A stretch of DNA of 64,000 nucleotides, taken from NCBI GenBank assembly GCA_963752285.1, contig CAVVXN010000005.1, forward strand, positions 1,728,001 to 1,792,000, read 5' to 3'. Origin of the DNA: an uncultured Planctomycetota bacterium (GTDB taxonomy: Bacteria; Planctomycetota; PLA2; JAEUHO01). Below, one piece after another: positions 18,953-28,894 of this stretch. Made by a program: the position numbers and the translations under genes. Each line of letters starts with the position of its first letter. The first letter of the stretch is position 1. Under the pieces are notes generated by a model. It searched no databases and was not told the origin of the DNA. It saw nothing but the letters and a program-made list of their open reading frames with translations.

Positions 18953-21874
18953 ATGCAGCCCGTATTCGCCCGCCCGCGGCCGCGGACCTCGGTCCGCCGG
19001 ATCGAGGTCGCGCTCCGTGAGGACCTCCTCGACCCCGCGGGCCGCGAGGCCGCCAACGCGCTCCGGGACGCCGGCCTCCCGGGGCCCGTGGACGTGCGCG
19101 TCGTACGTCTCTACTTCCTCGGGGGGGGCGCGAGACTCACGGCGCGGCACCTCGAGACCGCCGCCCGGGAGGTGCTGGCCGACCCGGTCCTCGACCGCTA
19201 CGCGGTGGACCGCGCGCTCGAGCCGGGCGAGGGCCCGGTCCCCGTCGCGATCACCGTCACGCGGCGCCCGGGGGTCACCGATCCCGAGGCCGAGAGCGCC
19301 CGCACCGCGCTCGCGTCGCTGGGCCTCCCGCCCGTCCGCGTGAAGTCGGCCCGAACCTACCTCGTCCGGGCCGACGCGCCGAAAGACCAGGTGCTCCTCC
19401 TCGCGCGGCGCGCGCTCTCGAGCGAGGTGATCGAGGAGGCGTCGGAGGGGCGGCTCCAGGAGTACGCGTTCCCCACGCCGCGCCGCTTTGCCGTCCGACG
19501 GCGGAAGGTGCGGCTTCGCGGTCTCGACGGCGCCGCGCTCCTCGACCTCTCTCGCAAGATGGGCCTCTCGCTCGACCGGGCCGAGATGGAGACCGTCCGC
19601 GACCGGTTCCGCAGTCTCGGGCGCGAGCCGAGCGATGTCGAGCTCGAGACGATCGCACAGACCTGGTCCGAGCACTGCAAGCACAAGACGCTGACCGGGG
19701 AGGTGCGTCTCGACGCGCCGGACGGCGTCCGTGTGTACGAGAACCTGCTCAAGGACACGATCTTCGAGGCGACACGCCGCCTCGCGAAGCCGTGGTGCTG
19801 GAGCGTGTTCGAGGACAACGCGGGAGTCATCGACTTCGACGGCGAGGACGGCGTCTGCTTCAAGGTGGAGACGCACAACCACCCGAGCGCGATCGAGCCG
19901 TACGGCGGCGCGGGGACCGGCATCGGCGGCGTCATTCGCGACATCCTGGGCACGGGCCTCGGGGCTCGTCCCGTCGCGAACACCGACGTCTTCGCCTTCG
20001 GTCCGCCCGACCTCCCGCGCGAGGACGTGCCGAAGGGCGCGCTCCACCCGCTCCGGCTGCTCCGGGGCGTGGTCGCGGGCGTGCGCGACTACGGCAACCG
20101 CATGGGCATCCCCACCGTGAACGGCGCGATCACGTTCGACCCGCGGTACGTGGGGAACCCCGTCGTCTACTGCGGCTGCGTCGGGCTGATCCCTCGTCGC
20201 GACGTAGAGAAGGCCGCCCGCCCCGGCGACCTCGTGGTCGCGTTCGGCGGCCGAACCGGTCGCGACGGCATCCACGGCGCGGTCTTCGCGAGCGTCGAGC
20301 TCACGACGGAGAGCGAGTCCGTCTCGTCGGGCGCGGTGCAGATCGGGGACCCGATCACGGAGAAGAAGGTCCTGGACGTGCTCCTCCAGGGACGGTCGGA
20401 GGGGCTCTTCACCGCGGTGACCGATTGCGGAGCGGGCGGCTTCTCGAGCGCCGTCGGCGAGATGGGGCGGGTGACGGGCGCCGACGTGGACCTCGCCGCC
20501 GCGCCGCTCAAGTACGAAGGCCTCGACGCGTGGGAGATCTGGATCAGCGAGGCGCAGGAACGCATGGTGGCGGCGATCCCACCGCGGCGCTGGGCTCGCT
20601 TCCGCCGGCTCTGCGAGGCCGAGGACGTCGAGGCGGTGGTCCTCGGCCGCTTCACCGGCGACGGGCGTCTCCGGGTCCGGCACGGTCCGACCCTCGTCGC
20701 GGACCTCGACATGGAGTTCCTCCACGAGGGCCTTCCGCCGCAGCGCCGCGACGCCGTCTACCGGCCCCCCGCCACGACCGAGCCCGAGATCGCGCCGGCC
20801 TCGCGCTACGACGCGGACTTGCTCGCGCTCCTCGCCCGCCCCGAGATCGGCTCCAAGGAGTGGGTCATCCGCCAGTACGACCACGAGGTCCAGGCGGGCG
20901 CGGTCGTGCGCCCCCTCGCGGGCCCGAACCAGGGGCCGGCCGACGCCGCCGTCCTTGCCCCGAAGCTGGGATCGCGACGCGGGATCGTGCTCTCCTCGGC
21001 GCTGAACCCGGGGTACGGCGACGTGGACCCCTACGAGATGGCCCTCGCGACCGTGGACGAGGCGATCCGCAACGCCGTGTGCGTCGGCGCCGACCCCGCG
21101 CGGATCGCGTTGCTCGACAACTTCACGTGGGGGAACTGCAATCGTCCGGAGCAGCTCGGGTCGCTCGCCCGCGCGGCGGAGGGCTGCCGCGACGCGGCGC
21201 TGCTGTTCAAGACGCCGTTCATCTCCGGCAAGGACTCCCTCCACAACGAGTTCCGTCTCGAGAACGGCACCGTGATCGCCGTACCGCCGACGCTCCTGAT
21301 CTCGGCGATCGGCGTGGTAGCCGACGTCCGGCGGACCGCGACGCTCGACCTGAAGGCGCCCGGCGACGCGCTCTACGTCGTCGGCTCGACCCACGACGAG
21401 TGCGGGGGCGGACGCTGGTACGCCCACCACGGCCACCTCGGGCTCTCGGCCCCCCGCGTCGGGAAGGACGCGCCCCGCGCGATGCGCGCGGTGTCGAGCC
21501 TCGTTCGGCGCGGATGGGCGGTGGCGGCCCACGACGCGTCGGAGGGCGGCCTCGCCGTCGCGCTCGCCGAGATGTGCTTCGCGTCGGAGCTCGGCCTCGA
21601 CGTGCGGATCGACCGCGCGCCTCGGACCGTGGACCATCCCGGCCGCCTCCTCTTCTCCGAGAGCGCGAGCCGGTTCCTGGTCGAGGCGCGCCCCTCCGAA
21701 GTCGCGAAAGTCGAGGCCGTGCTCGAGAAGGCCCGCGTGCCCTTCGCGCGGATCGGCCGCGTGACGCGCGCGCCGACGCTCGTGGTGCGCGGGAGCGCGC
21801 GCGGCGAGCCGTGGATCGAGATCGAGTCTGAGCGATGCCTCGCGGCGTGGCGCGGGGCGCTGGCGCTCGAGTAG
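18953..21874 (+). CDS. purL: Phosphoribosylformylglycinamidine synthase subunit PurL with N-terminal PurS-like repeats
   Basis: QTWSEHCKHK, KVETHNHPSAIEPYGGAGTGIGG, GRDGIHGA, SEAQERM, ISGKDS. N-terminal PurS-like segments (DPVLD, PGVTDPEAES). Confidence 0.96.
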   Translation: MQPVFARPRPRTSVRRIEVALREDLLDPAGREAANALRDAGLPGPVDVRVVRLYFLGGGARLTARHLETAAREVLADPVLDRYAVDRALEPGEGPVPVAITVTRRPGVTDPEAESARTALASLGLPPVRVKSARTYLVRADAPKDQVLLLARRALSSEVIEEASEGRLQEYAFPTPRRFAVRRRKVRLRGLDGAALLDLSRKMGLSLDRAEMETVRDRFRSLGREPSDVELETIAQTWSEHCKHKTLTGEVRLDAPDGVRVYENLLKDTIFEATRRLAKPWCWSVFEDNAGVIDFDGEDGVCFKVETHNHPSAIEPYGGAGTGIGGVIRDILGTGLGARPVANTDVFAFGPPDLPREDVPKGALHPLRLLRGVVAGVRDYGNRMGIPTVNGAITFDPRYVGNPVVYCGCVGLIPRRDVEKAARPGDLVVAFGGRTGRDGIHGAVFASVELTTESESVSSGAVQIGDPITEKKVLDVLLQGRSEGLFTAVTDCGAGGFSSAVGEMGRVTGADVDLAAAPLKYEGLDAWEIWISEAQERMVAAIPPRRWARFRRLCEAEDVEAVVLGRFTGDGRLRVRHGPTLVADLDMEFLHEGLPPQRRDAVYRPPATTEPEIAPASRYDADLLALLARPEIGSKEWVIRQYDHEVQAGAVVRPLAGPNQGPADAAVLAPKLGSRRGIVLSSALNPGYGDVDPYEMALATVDEAIRNAVCVGADPARIALLDNFTWGNCNRPEQLGSLARAAEGCRDAALLFKTPFISGKDSLHNEFRLENGTVIAVPPTLLISAIGVVADVRRTATLDLKAPGDALYVVGSTHDECGGGRWYAHHGHLGLSAPRVGKDAPRAMRAVSSLVRRGWAVAAHDASEGGLAVALAEMCFASELGLDVRIDRAPRTVDHPGRLLFSESASRFLVEARPSEVAKVEAVLEKARVPFARIGRVTRAPTLVVRGSARGEPWIEIESERCLAAWRGALALE

Positions 21875-21887
21875 CGCCGGAGGAACG

Positions 21888-22766
21888 ATGGCCGCATCCA
21901 GGACGACGACCCGCCGGCGGGGGGGCGCGACGCGTCCGAGCGTGCGGACGACGCGGACCCGCCCCTCGGGGGCGGGCCGCCCCGCGCCCCGCGTCCTCGT
22001 GCTCCGCTCGCCGGGAACGAACTGCGACCGCGAGACCGCCTTCGCCTTCGCGCGCGCCGGCGCGAGCACGACGGACATCCACGTGAACGCGCTCCTCGAG
22101 CGGCCGCGCCGCCTGCGCGAGGTCCACGGGCTCGTCCTCCCGGGCGGCTTCTCGTACGGAGACGACCTCGGCGCGGGGACCGCGCTCGCCACCCGGATCC
22201 GCGCCGGCCTCCTCGACGAGGTCCGCCGGCTCGTGGACCGCGGGGGCGTGGTCCTCGGGATCTGCAACGGCTTCCAGGTGCTCGTGAAGACCGGTCTCCT
22301 CCCGGGCTTCGACGCGAACGACGAGCGGGTCCTTGGTCTCGCGTCGAACGTGAAGAACCGGTACGAGGACCGCTGGGTGACGCTCGAGGTCGCGACGGGA
22401 CGGAGCGTCTTCTTCGAGCGGGGCGAGCGGATCCACTGCCCGGTCGCGCACGCCGAGGGCCGCTTCCTCCCGAAGGACGAGGCCGTGCTCGAACGACTGG
22501 CCCGCGCCGACCAGGTGGCGCTCAGGTACGTCGGTCCCGGGGGCGAACGCCCGGCGCCCTACCCCTACAACCCGAACGGATCCGTAGGCGACGTGGCGGG
22601 CATCGTGGACCCGACCGGTCGCATCCTCGGGATGATGCCGCATCCCGAGAGGAACCAGTTCCCCTGGCAGGATCCTCGCCACGGTCGATCCGGCGCGCCG
22701 CGGCGCCCGGAGGGGCGCTCCCTCTTCGAGAACGCGGTCCGACACCTCCGGTCCGTCGTCGGCTGA
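21888..22766 (+). CDS. purQ: Phosphoribosylformylglycinamidine synthase glutaminase subunit
   Basis: PGTNCD, PGGFSYGD, GICNGFQ, AHAEG, NPNGS, GMMPHPER. Confidence 0.96.
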   Translation: MAASRTTTRRRGGATRPSVRTTRTRPSGAGRPAPRVLVLRSPGTNCDRETAFAFARAGASTTDIHVNALLERPRRLREVHGLVLPGGFSYGDDLGAGTALATRIRAGLLDEVRRLVDRGGVVLGICNGFQVLVKTGLLPGFDANDERVLGLASNVKNRYEDRWVTLEVATGRSVFFERGERIHCPVAHAEGRFLPKDEAVLERLARADQVALRYVGPGGERPAPYPYNPNGSVGDVAGIVDPTGRILGMMPHPERNQFPWQDPRHGRSGAPRRPEGRSLFENAVRHLRSVVG

Positions 22767-22846
22767 GGGCCCCGCGGGAGGTCGATCGCTTCCATCCCCG
22801 GGCCGCCGCCGTTCCAAGAGGGGAACGAACCTCGGGGGAGCCGACC

Positions 22847-24355
22847 ATGCCGATCCGCGCCGCAGAAGCCGCCCTTGGAACCGACCGCCGGCCCCCCACC
22901 CGATCCGGGCGCCGGCACGCCCTTCGGACGCCGGCCTCCCTGGCGCCGCTCCTCCTCCTCTCCGTTTTCCTCCTGCCCGCGCGCGCGGACGACTGGAAGG
23001 ACGGCCGGAACGACCGTCACGACCGCGCCGTGGCCGCGCTCGAGGAGGCGGCGCGCGCGGCCGCGCGCCCGACGGGCGTGGCGCTCCGGCACGGAGACGT
23101 GCGCGTGGTCGCGGACCTCGCCCGCGTGGACGTCGTGCTCGAGATCAAGAACACGACGAGGACGCGTACCGAGTGGTCGAGGAGCTTCGGCATCGACGAC
23201 GCGGCCGAGCTGATCGGCGCCGCGCTCGAGCGCGCGACCGGGCCGCGGGTCGCCGCGCAGACGATGACGCTCGAGAGCGCGCGCCGCATGTACGGCGAGA
23301 TCACCCGGCCGCCCCCCGTGCGGCGGAGCACGCCGTGGCCCCGCCGCGACCCGCTGCGCGTCGAGCGCCCGTCGGACGGACGTCTCGACGTGGTGGTCAC
23401 CCCGCTCGACCCCGGCGAGGTCGTGCGGGTGCACCTCGACTTCGTGACGCCGCTCCGGGGGCGCGGCGCGCGGCGCGCGTACCGCGACGTGATCGACGCG
23501 GACCTGGGGAGTGAGGTCGCGTCGCGCCGCGCGACGCCCACGGCGCCCGACCGCGCGCCCGCGCCGCGCTCGCCCCTCCTCCTCTCCATCGAGACCGACT
23601 GGCTCGTACGTCCCGGTGGCCTCACGGTGGACGCCGCGCCGATCGGCATGGTCGCGGCGGGCTCCGCCGGCGGGGTGCTCCGGTTCGTGGGGGCCTCGGC
23701 GGGGCCGGCGGACGTGCCGACCCTTCCGTTCCGCACGCCCCGCGAGGACGCGGGCGCCGGCGCGATCGCCGTTCCCGGGGGCGGGCTCCTCTCCCGCGTC
23801 GTCGTCTGGCGCTTCGACCCGAGAGCCTTCCTCGCGGCGCACGACCTCGAGGCACCGGCGGGCGCCACGCTCCGTCTGCTCCGCCGCACCGGCTCGACCT
23901 CGCGCATCGCGCCGTTCACGTTCGGGCCGGCCGACGCGCCGCTGCCCGTGACCGCCCGGCTCGGTGCCGGGGCGCAGACCCTCCGCTACGGGGTCGAGGT
24001 CCGGGATGCGGCCGGCAAGACGATCCGCACGATCGAGGTCGAGGCGCCCGTCGAGGAGCCGAGCCTCTCGCCGGACCTCGAGGGCGCCATCCTCGGCTGG
24101 CACCGCGCCGCGCTCGTGCGTCGCGTCCTCGCGTGGGCGAAGGGCGCCCCGGAGCGGGAGGCTCGCGCGCTCGCCTTCGCCGTGGACGAAGGGGTGCTCG
24201 TCGGGGGCACGGCGGGGCTCGCCGTCCCCGAGGCGGAGCTTCGCGCGGCCCCCCGTCGGAGCCGGAGCGAGTACCGCCACGACGGTTCGCCGCTCGGCGC
24301 GCAGCACGGCGAGGCGGACTTCAAGGGCCCACCGTGGGGTTCCCTCGACGACTGA
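22847..24355 (+). CDS. Secreted VIT (vault/inter-alpha-trypsin) domain protein
   Basis: Hydrophobic signal ending LLPARA; VIT-like segment (ARVDVVLEIKN...ARRMYGEI...RDP...PLDPGEVVRVHLDF). Confidence 0.65.
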   Translation: MPIRAAEAALGTDRRPPTRSGRRHALRTPASLAPLLLLSVFLLPARADDWKDGRNDRHDRAVAALEEAARAAARPTGVALRHGDVRVVADLARVDVVLEIKNTTRTRTEWSRSFGIDDAAELIGAALERATGPRVAAQTMTLESARRMYGEITRPPPVRRSTPWPRRDPLRVERPSDGRLDVVVTPLDPGEVVRVHLDFVTPLRGRGARRAYRDVIDADLGSEVASRRATPTAPDRAPAPRSPLLLSIETDWLVRPGGLTVDAAPIGMVAAGSAGGVLRFVGASAGPADVPTLPFRTPREDAGAGAIAVPGGGLLSRVVVWRFDPRAFLAAHDLEAPAGATLRLLRRTGSTSRIAPFTFGPADAPLPVTARLGAGAQTLRYGVEVRDAAGKTIRTIEVEAPVEEPSLSPDLEGAILGWHRAALVRRVLAWAKGAPEREARALAFAVDEGVLVGGTAGLAVPEAELRAAPRRSRSEYRHDGSPLGAQHGEADFKGPPWGSLDD

Positions 24356-24379
24356 GGGCCCGCCGCGCTCCCCGCGCCG

Positions 24380-25234
24380 TCAGCGCCGGCCCGAGACCAC
24401 GCGGTCGATGCCCGCGAGGTCCCGGGTCGCGCGCACGTCGCCGTAGCCGAGCGCCGTGAAGAGGGCCCCGGCCTCGTCCGCCAGGCCTTCCCCCACCTCC
24501 ACCGCGAGAAGACCAGTCCGGCGAAGCGCGTCCCGGGCCTCGGCGGCCAGCCGGCGGACGACCGCCAGGGCGTCGTCGCCCGGGACGAACACCGCCTCGG
24601 CCGGCTCGTGCCGGCGCACCCCTTCCTCGACGCGAGGGTCGTCTCTTCGGACGTACGGCGGGTTGGAGAGGACGGCGTCGAGCCTTCCGAAGTCCGCGCT
24701 GCCCCGGAGGGGCGTCAGCAGGTCACCGTGGTGGAGGGAGAGGCGCGACGCGACGCCGTGACGGGAGGCGTTCCTCGCGGCGAACTCGAGCGCGGGCGTC
24801 GAGAGGTCGGTCGCGTGCGCACGCGCCGACGGCACGGCCACGAGGAGCGCGACGGCCACGCAGCCGGATCCCGTGCCCACGTCGGCGAACACGGGTTCGG
24901 TCGCGCCCTCGAGCATCGGCAGCGCGACCTCCACCAGGTGCTCGGTCTCGGGGCGCGGCACGAGCACGCCGGGTCCGACCTCGAACGGGAGCGAGTAGAA
25001 CTCCTTCTTCCCGACGAGGTACGCGACGGGCACGTGGCGCCCGCGCTCGCGCACGAGCGCGCGGACCCGGGCGCGCTCGTCCGGGTCGAGCGGGCGGTCG
25101 AACGCGAGGTAGACCTCGAGCCGCGAGAGCCCGAGCGCGTGGCCGAGGAGGATCTCGGCGTCGAGACGCGCGCCCTCGATGCCCTGCTCCACGAGCCACC
25201 GGGTGGCCCGCCGGAGGACGTCCAGGACCGTCAG
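24380..25234 (-). CDS. prmC: Release-factor glutamine N5-methyltransferase
   Basis: VPRPETE, DVGTGSG, SNPPY. The conserved N-terminus (TVLDVLRRATRWL) extends upstream of GTG 25192 to a CTG at 25234. Confidence 0.93.
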   Translation of the reverse strand: MTVLDVLRRATRWLVEQGIEGARLDAEILLGHALGLSRLEVYLAFDRPLDPDERARVRALVRERGRHVPVAYLVGKKEFYSLPFEVGPGVLVPRPETEHLVEVALPMLEGATEPVFADVGTGSGCVAVALLVAVPSARAHATDLSTPALEFAARNASRHGVASRLSLHHGDLLTPLRGSADFGRLDAVLSNPPYVRRDDPRVEEGVRRHEPAEAVFVPGDDALAVVRRLAAEARDALRRTGLLAVEVGEGLADEAGALFTALGYGDVRATRDLAGIDRVVSGRR

Positions 25235-25238
25235 CCGC

Positions 25239-25973
25239 TCAGCGCCGACGACGACGGCTCCCGGCCCCCGACTGGACCGCGGCCTTCGCAGCCGCCCGCC
25301 CTCCCATCAGCCCCCTCAGGAGCACGATGAACACGATCGCGCCACCCGCCGTGAGCAGCCAGAAGCCGGGCGCGATCGACGAGAGCGGGGCCAGGATGGA
25401 GTCGAGCAAGGAGGTCGTCTGGTTCTTCAGGTACCCGCTGGCGCCGTCCATGCGCGGCGAGCCGACCGTGCTCGCGATGCCGCCGATGCCAACCCAGAGG
25501 GCAACCAAGGCGTTCAGCAGGAACGGCCAGATCTTGAGCTGCCGGTACCAGATGTCGAAGACGAGGATCCAGAACCCGTAGAGGGCGAGCGCGAAGATGA
25601 GCCCTCCGCGGATCGTGTCGAGTCCCGTGAAGGTCCGCACGGGACCGCTGTCCCAGGGAAGCGGTCGATCCCACGCGACCAGGGTCCCGGCGAAGAAGAA
25701 GCAGTTCGCGAGGAGGAGCGTCAGCAGCTCCTTGTGCACGAACGACCACCAGACGCGCGCCTCGAGTCCGCGGCGATGGGCCTCCTGCACGGCCGCCTGC
25801 ACCTGCGCCTCGGCCTCCTCGGGATCGAGCCCCTCGGCCTCGAGCTCGCCGATCGCCTGGCGCTCCTCCATGGCCTCGGCCTCGCCGGCGTCGAAGAGCT
25901 CGTCCTCGGGCGGCGTCCCGGCCTCTGAGCCCTCGGCCTTCGGGTCGTCCGGGTTCTCGAACGGGTCGCTCAT
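25239..25973 (-). CDS. Hypothetical membrane protein (acidic N-terminus, about 4 TM helices)
   Basis: AGGAGG before ATG 25973; several hydrophobic segments. Confidence 0.75.
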   Translation of the reverse strand: MSDPFENPDDPKAEGSEAGTPPEDELFDAGEAEAMEERQAIGELEAEGLDPEEAEAQVQAAVQEAHRRGLEARVWWSFVHKELLTLLLANCFFFAGTLVAWDRPLPWDSGPVRTFTGLDTIRGGLIFALALYGFWILVFDIWYRQLKIWPFLLNALVALWVGIGGIASTVGSPRMDGASGYLKNQTTSLLDSILAPLSSIAPGFWLLTAGGAIVFIVLLRGLMGGRAAAKAAVQSGAGSRRRRR

Positions 25974-26126
25974 CGGGCTCCCTCCTAACGGGGCGGCCGC
26001 GATCGTACGAAGGCGGCATCCTCCCGCCAAGGTCTCGGCCTGGGTCGGGGGACCCGGCGCCCCCGGACGAAACGTCGGCCCCCGGCCACCGGTTCGGCCC
26101 GGTGGCGCCGGCGCCGGCCGCGCGCC

Positions 26127-27221
26127 TCAGAGATCGCCGAGCCGCTTCTCGCGCTCCGCCTCCCTCAGGGCCGTGACGAGCTCCGTCAGGTCGCCCTGGA
26201 GGATCTCGTCCAGGTTGTGGACGGTCAGCCCGATCCGGTGATCGGTGACGCGGCCCTCCTTGTAGTTGTACGTGCGGATCTTCTCGCTGCGGTCGCCGGT
26301 CCCGATCTGGGAGCGCCGCGCGTCCGACCGCTCGCGCGCCGCGCGCTCGCGCTCGAGCTCGTAGAGCCGGGCGCGGAGCTCGCGCATCGCGGTGGCGCGG
26401 TTCTTGTGCTGGGAGGGGTCGGCCTGGCACTTGACCACGATACCGGTCGGATGGTGGATCAGGCGCACGGCGGAGGAGGTCTTGTTGACGTTCTGGCCGC
26501 CCGGCCCGCCGGCGCGCATGGTCTGCACCTCGACGTCGGACTCCTTGATCACCACGTCCACCTCCTCCGCCTCGGGGAGCACGGCGACCGTGGCCACGGA
26601 GGTGTGGATGCGACCCTGGGCCTCGGTCTTCGGTACGCGCTGGACGCGATGCACGCCCGACTCGTAGCGCATCACCGCGTAGACCTTCTCGCCCGCCAGC
26701 GAGAACCGGATCTCCTTGAAGCCCCCCTGGTCGGAACGGTTGCCGTCGAGGACGTCGCTCTTCCAGTCGCGGAGCTCGGCGAGACGCTCGTACATGCGGA
26801 ACAGGTCGCCCGCCCAGATCGCGGCCTCGTCCCCGCCCGCGCCGGCGCGGATCTCGACGATCACGTCGCGCTGGTCGTCCCGGTCCTCGCTCACGAGGCT
26901 CCGCTTGATCTCCTCCGAGAGACGCTCGAGCTCGTCGGCGGCGTGGCTCGCCTGCTCCTGGGCGAGCGCGGTGATCTCCGGGTCCTCGCCGTCCGCGGCG
27001 AGGATCCCCTCGGCCTCGGAGAGCTCGCCCTGGCTCCGCCGATACGCGCGGTACAGCCGGACCGGCTCCTCGAGCGCCGCGAGCTCGCGACGTACACGCG
27101 TGTAGACCACGTGGTCCGCGGCGACGACCGGGTCCTCGAGCCGGCGCTCCAGCGCCTCGGCCTTCGCGAGCGTCTCCTCGAGCGTGGTCGAAAGCCGTTC
27201 GGAGAGCATGGGCGCACTCAC
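26127..27221 (-). CDS. prfA: Peptide chain release factor 1
   Basis: [14 protein letters not shown] (PxT motif), [16 protein letters not shown]. The start could be ATG 27209. Confidence 0.97.
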   Translation of the reverse strand: MSAPMLSERLSTTLEETLAKAEALERRLEDPVVAADHVVYTRVRRELAALEEPVRLYRAYRRSQGELSEAEGILAADGEDPEITALAQEQASHAADELERLSEEIKRSLVSEDRDDQRDVIVEIRAGAGGDEAAIWAGDLFRMYERLAELRDWKSDVLDGNRSDQGGFKEIRFSLAGEKVYAVMRYESGVHRVQRVPKTEAQGRIHTSVATVAVLPEAEEVDVVIKESDVEVQTMRAGGPGGQNVNKTSSAVRLIHHPTGIVVKCQADPSQHKNRATAMRELRARLYELERERAARERSDARRSQIGTGDRSEKIRTYNYKEGRVTDHRIGLTVHNLDEILQGDLTELVTALREAEREKRLGDL

Positions 27222-27309
27222 GTGCCAGAGGACGTACCGCGGCCGACGGAGGCCGGCGGGATTCCCGTCACGACATCTCCTGCCGTGCGCGTCCGGCGAC
27301 GCGGCGGGG

Positions 27310-27603
27310 CTACTTCTCCCCCTTGGCCTCGCCCTTGGCCTCGCTCTTGGCCTTGGGGACGTAGCGGCTACCGTACTTCGAGCGGAACTTGTCGATGCGT
27401 CCCGCCGTGTCCACGAAGCGCTGGCGCCCCGTGTAGAAGGGGTGCGACGCGGAGGAGATGTCGAGCCGGATCACGTAGTGGTCCACGCCGTCGATCTTCC
27501 TCACCTCCTTGCTCTTCATGGTCGAGCGGCTGGCGAATTCGTAGCTCGCCCCGTGGTCCACGAAGAGGACCGGGTGGTAGTCGGGGTGGATTTCCTTCTT
27601 CAC
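27310..27603 (-). CDS. rpmE2: 50S ribosomal protein L31 type B (zinc-free)
   Basis: [34 protein letters not shown]; no Cys. Confidence 0.95.
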   Translation of the reverse strand: MKKEIHPDYHPVLFVDHGASYEFASRSTMKSKEVRKIDGVDHYVIRLDISSASHPFYTGRQRFVDTAGRIDKFRSKYGSRYVPKAKSEAKGEAKGEK

Positions 27604-27688
27604 GGCGAGGCTCCGGCGCGCGGGCGAAACCGCCGAGGGTACCGGGCGACGGGGTACGCGCAAGGCCTCCGACCACCCCTGGGCCGGC

Positions 27689-28261
27689 TCAGCGCGTCCC
27701 CGCCGTCGGGACCGTCGTCGGGCCCGCGGGCCCGGGCGGAGTGGGACCCGGTCCGGGGGTCGCGGCCGCGGCCGGCCCGGGCGGCTTCCCCCCGGTCGTC
27801 GCGCCCGCGGGCGTGGGCCGGAGGGGGGCCTTCCCGCGGTCCAGGACGAGGTCGCCGCCGAGATCTCGTCGGAGGAGCACCCGCTGCTCGGTCCCCGTCG
27901 TCTCGAAGGTGATCTCCACCCAGTCGAGACGTCCGTCCATGTATCGTCCGAGACCCTCCTCGGCGACGCGGAACGCCAGATGGTCGAGCGCACCCGGGCG
28001 GAGGAGCACCGCCTCGGACGGCGCGAGACGGACGACCAGGCCCGCGCCGTCGGCCGCGAGCCGCTTCGGCGCCCCGACGGTCCGGAGCAGGCGCACGCGG
28101 GAGTCGGGGGCGATGTCCCCCCGGGCCGCGAGCAGACGCGTCAGGGCCCGCGCGTTCTCGGCGTCCCGCGCGAGGGGCCCGAGCGCGGAGTTCGCGGCCA
28201 CGAGGATCCCCCCGAACCCGGCGGCCAGGATCCCCATGATGATGGCGGTCGACTTCCGCAC
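27689..28261 (-). CDS. Hypothetical protein with N-terminal membrane anchor and Pro-rich tail
   Basis: 190-aa ORF, GGAG before the GTG start, N-terminal TM segment, collinear with neighbours. Confidence 0.65.
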   Translation of the reverse strand: MRKSTAIIMGILAAGFGGILVAANSALGPLARDAENARALTRLLAARGDIAPDSRVRLLRTVGAPKRLAADGAGLVVRLAPSEAVLLRPGALDHLAFRVAEEGLGRYMDGRLDWVEITFETTGTEQRVLLRRDLGGDLVLDRGKAPLRPTPAGATTGGKPPGPAAAATPGPGPTPPGPAGPTTVPTAGTR

Positions 28262-28280
28262 GGATTCGGCTCCGCCTCCC

Positions 28281-28883
28281 CTATCGGCCTTCCGGAACGG
28301 GACCCGGAGCCTCGGCCCCCGCCTCGAACGCGGCGAGGAGCCGGAACACGAGCCGCAGCGGCAGCCCGACGACCGTGTCCCGGTCCCCGTCCAGCCGATC
28401 GAGGAACGCCGCGGCCCCGCCCTCGAGCCCGTACGCGCCCGCGCGCCCGAAGGGCTCGCCCGTCAGGACGTACGCCTCGATCTCCGTCTCCGAGAGGGGC
28501 CGGAACCGGACCTTCGCCACGGAGACGCCCGAGCGGAGGCGGTCCGCCTCGGCGAGAGCGACGCCCGTCGCCACCTCGTGCGTCGTCCCCGCGAGCCGTC
28601 GAAGGGTACGACGAGCCTCGTTGGCGTCCCTCGGCTTGCCCAGGATCGACGCGCCCACGTAGACCACCGTGTCCGCCGCGAGCACGAGGCGCCCCGGGCA
28701 CGCGGAGACGACGGCCTCGACCTTGGCCCGCGCGAGCGCCTCGGCGACCGCGGGCGGATCGAGGCCCGGCGGCGCCGCCTCGTCGAGGTCAGGGAACGGC
28801 CCCACCTCGCACGCGATCCCGGCACGCGCGAGGATCTCCCGCCGGCGCGGGCTCCGGCTCGCGAGGACGAGCGGCCGGTCCAC
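28281..28883 (-). CDS. maf: Maf family nucleoside-triphosphate pyrophosphatase
   Basis: LVLASRSPRRREIL, LAADTVV, LGKP, GRAGAYG, VVGLP. Confidence 0.93.
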   Translation of the reverse strand: MDRPLVLASRSPRRREILARAGIACEVGPFPDLDEAAPPGLDPPAVAEALARAKVEAVVSACPGRLVLAADTVVYVGASILGKPRDANEARRTLRRLAGTTHEVATGVALAEADRLRSGVSVAKVRFRPLSETEIEAYVLTGEPFGRAGAYGLEGGAAAFLDRLDGDRDTVVGLPLRLVFRLLAAFEAGAEAPGPVPEGR

Positions 28884-28894
28884 GCGCGCCTTCG

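Noticed and set aside
22763..24361. CTGAGGGCCC at the purQ and VIT gene stops as remnants or targets of the 100-bp element
   Set aside because: CTGAGG is a common stop context throughout the window (ffh, prfA, ruvA, otsA), and no core or right arm follows.
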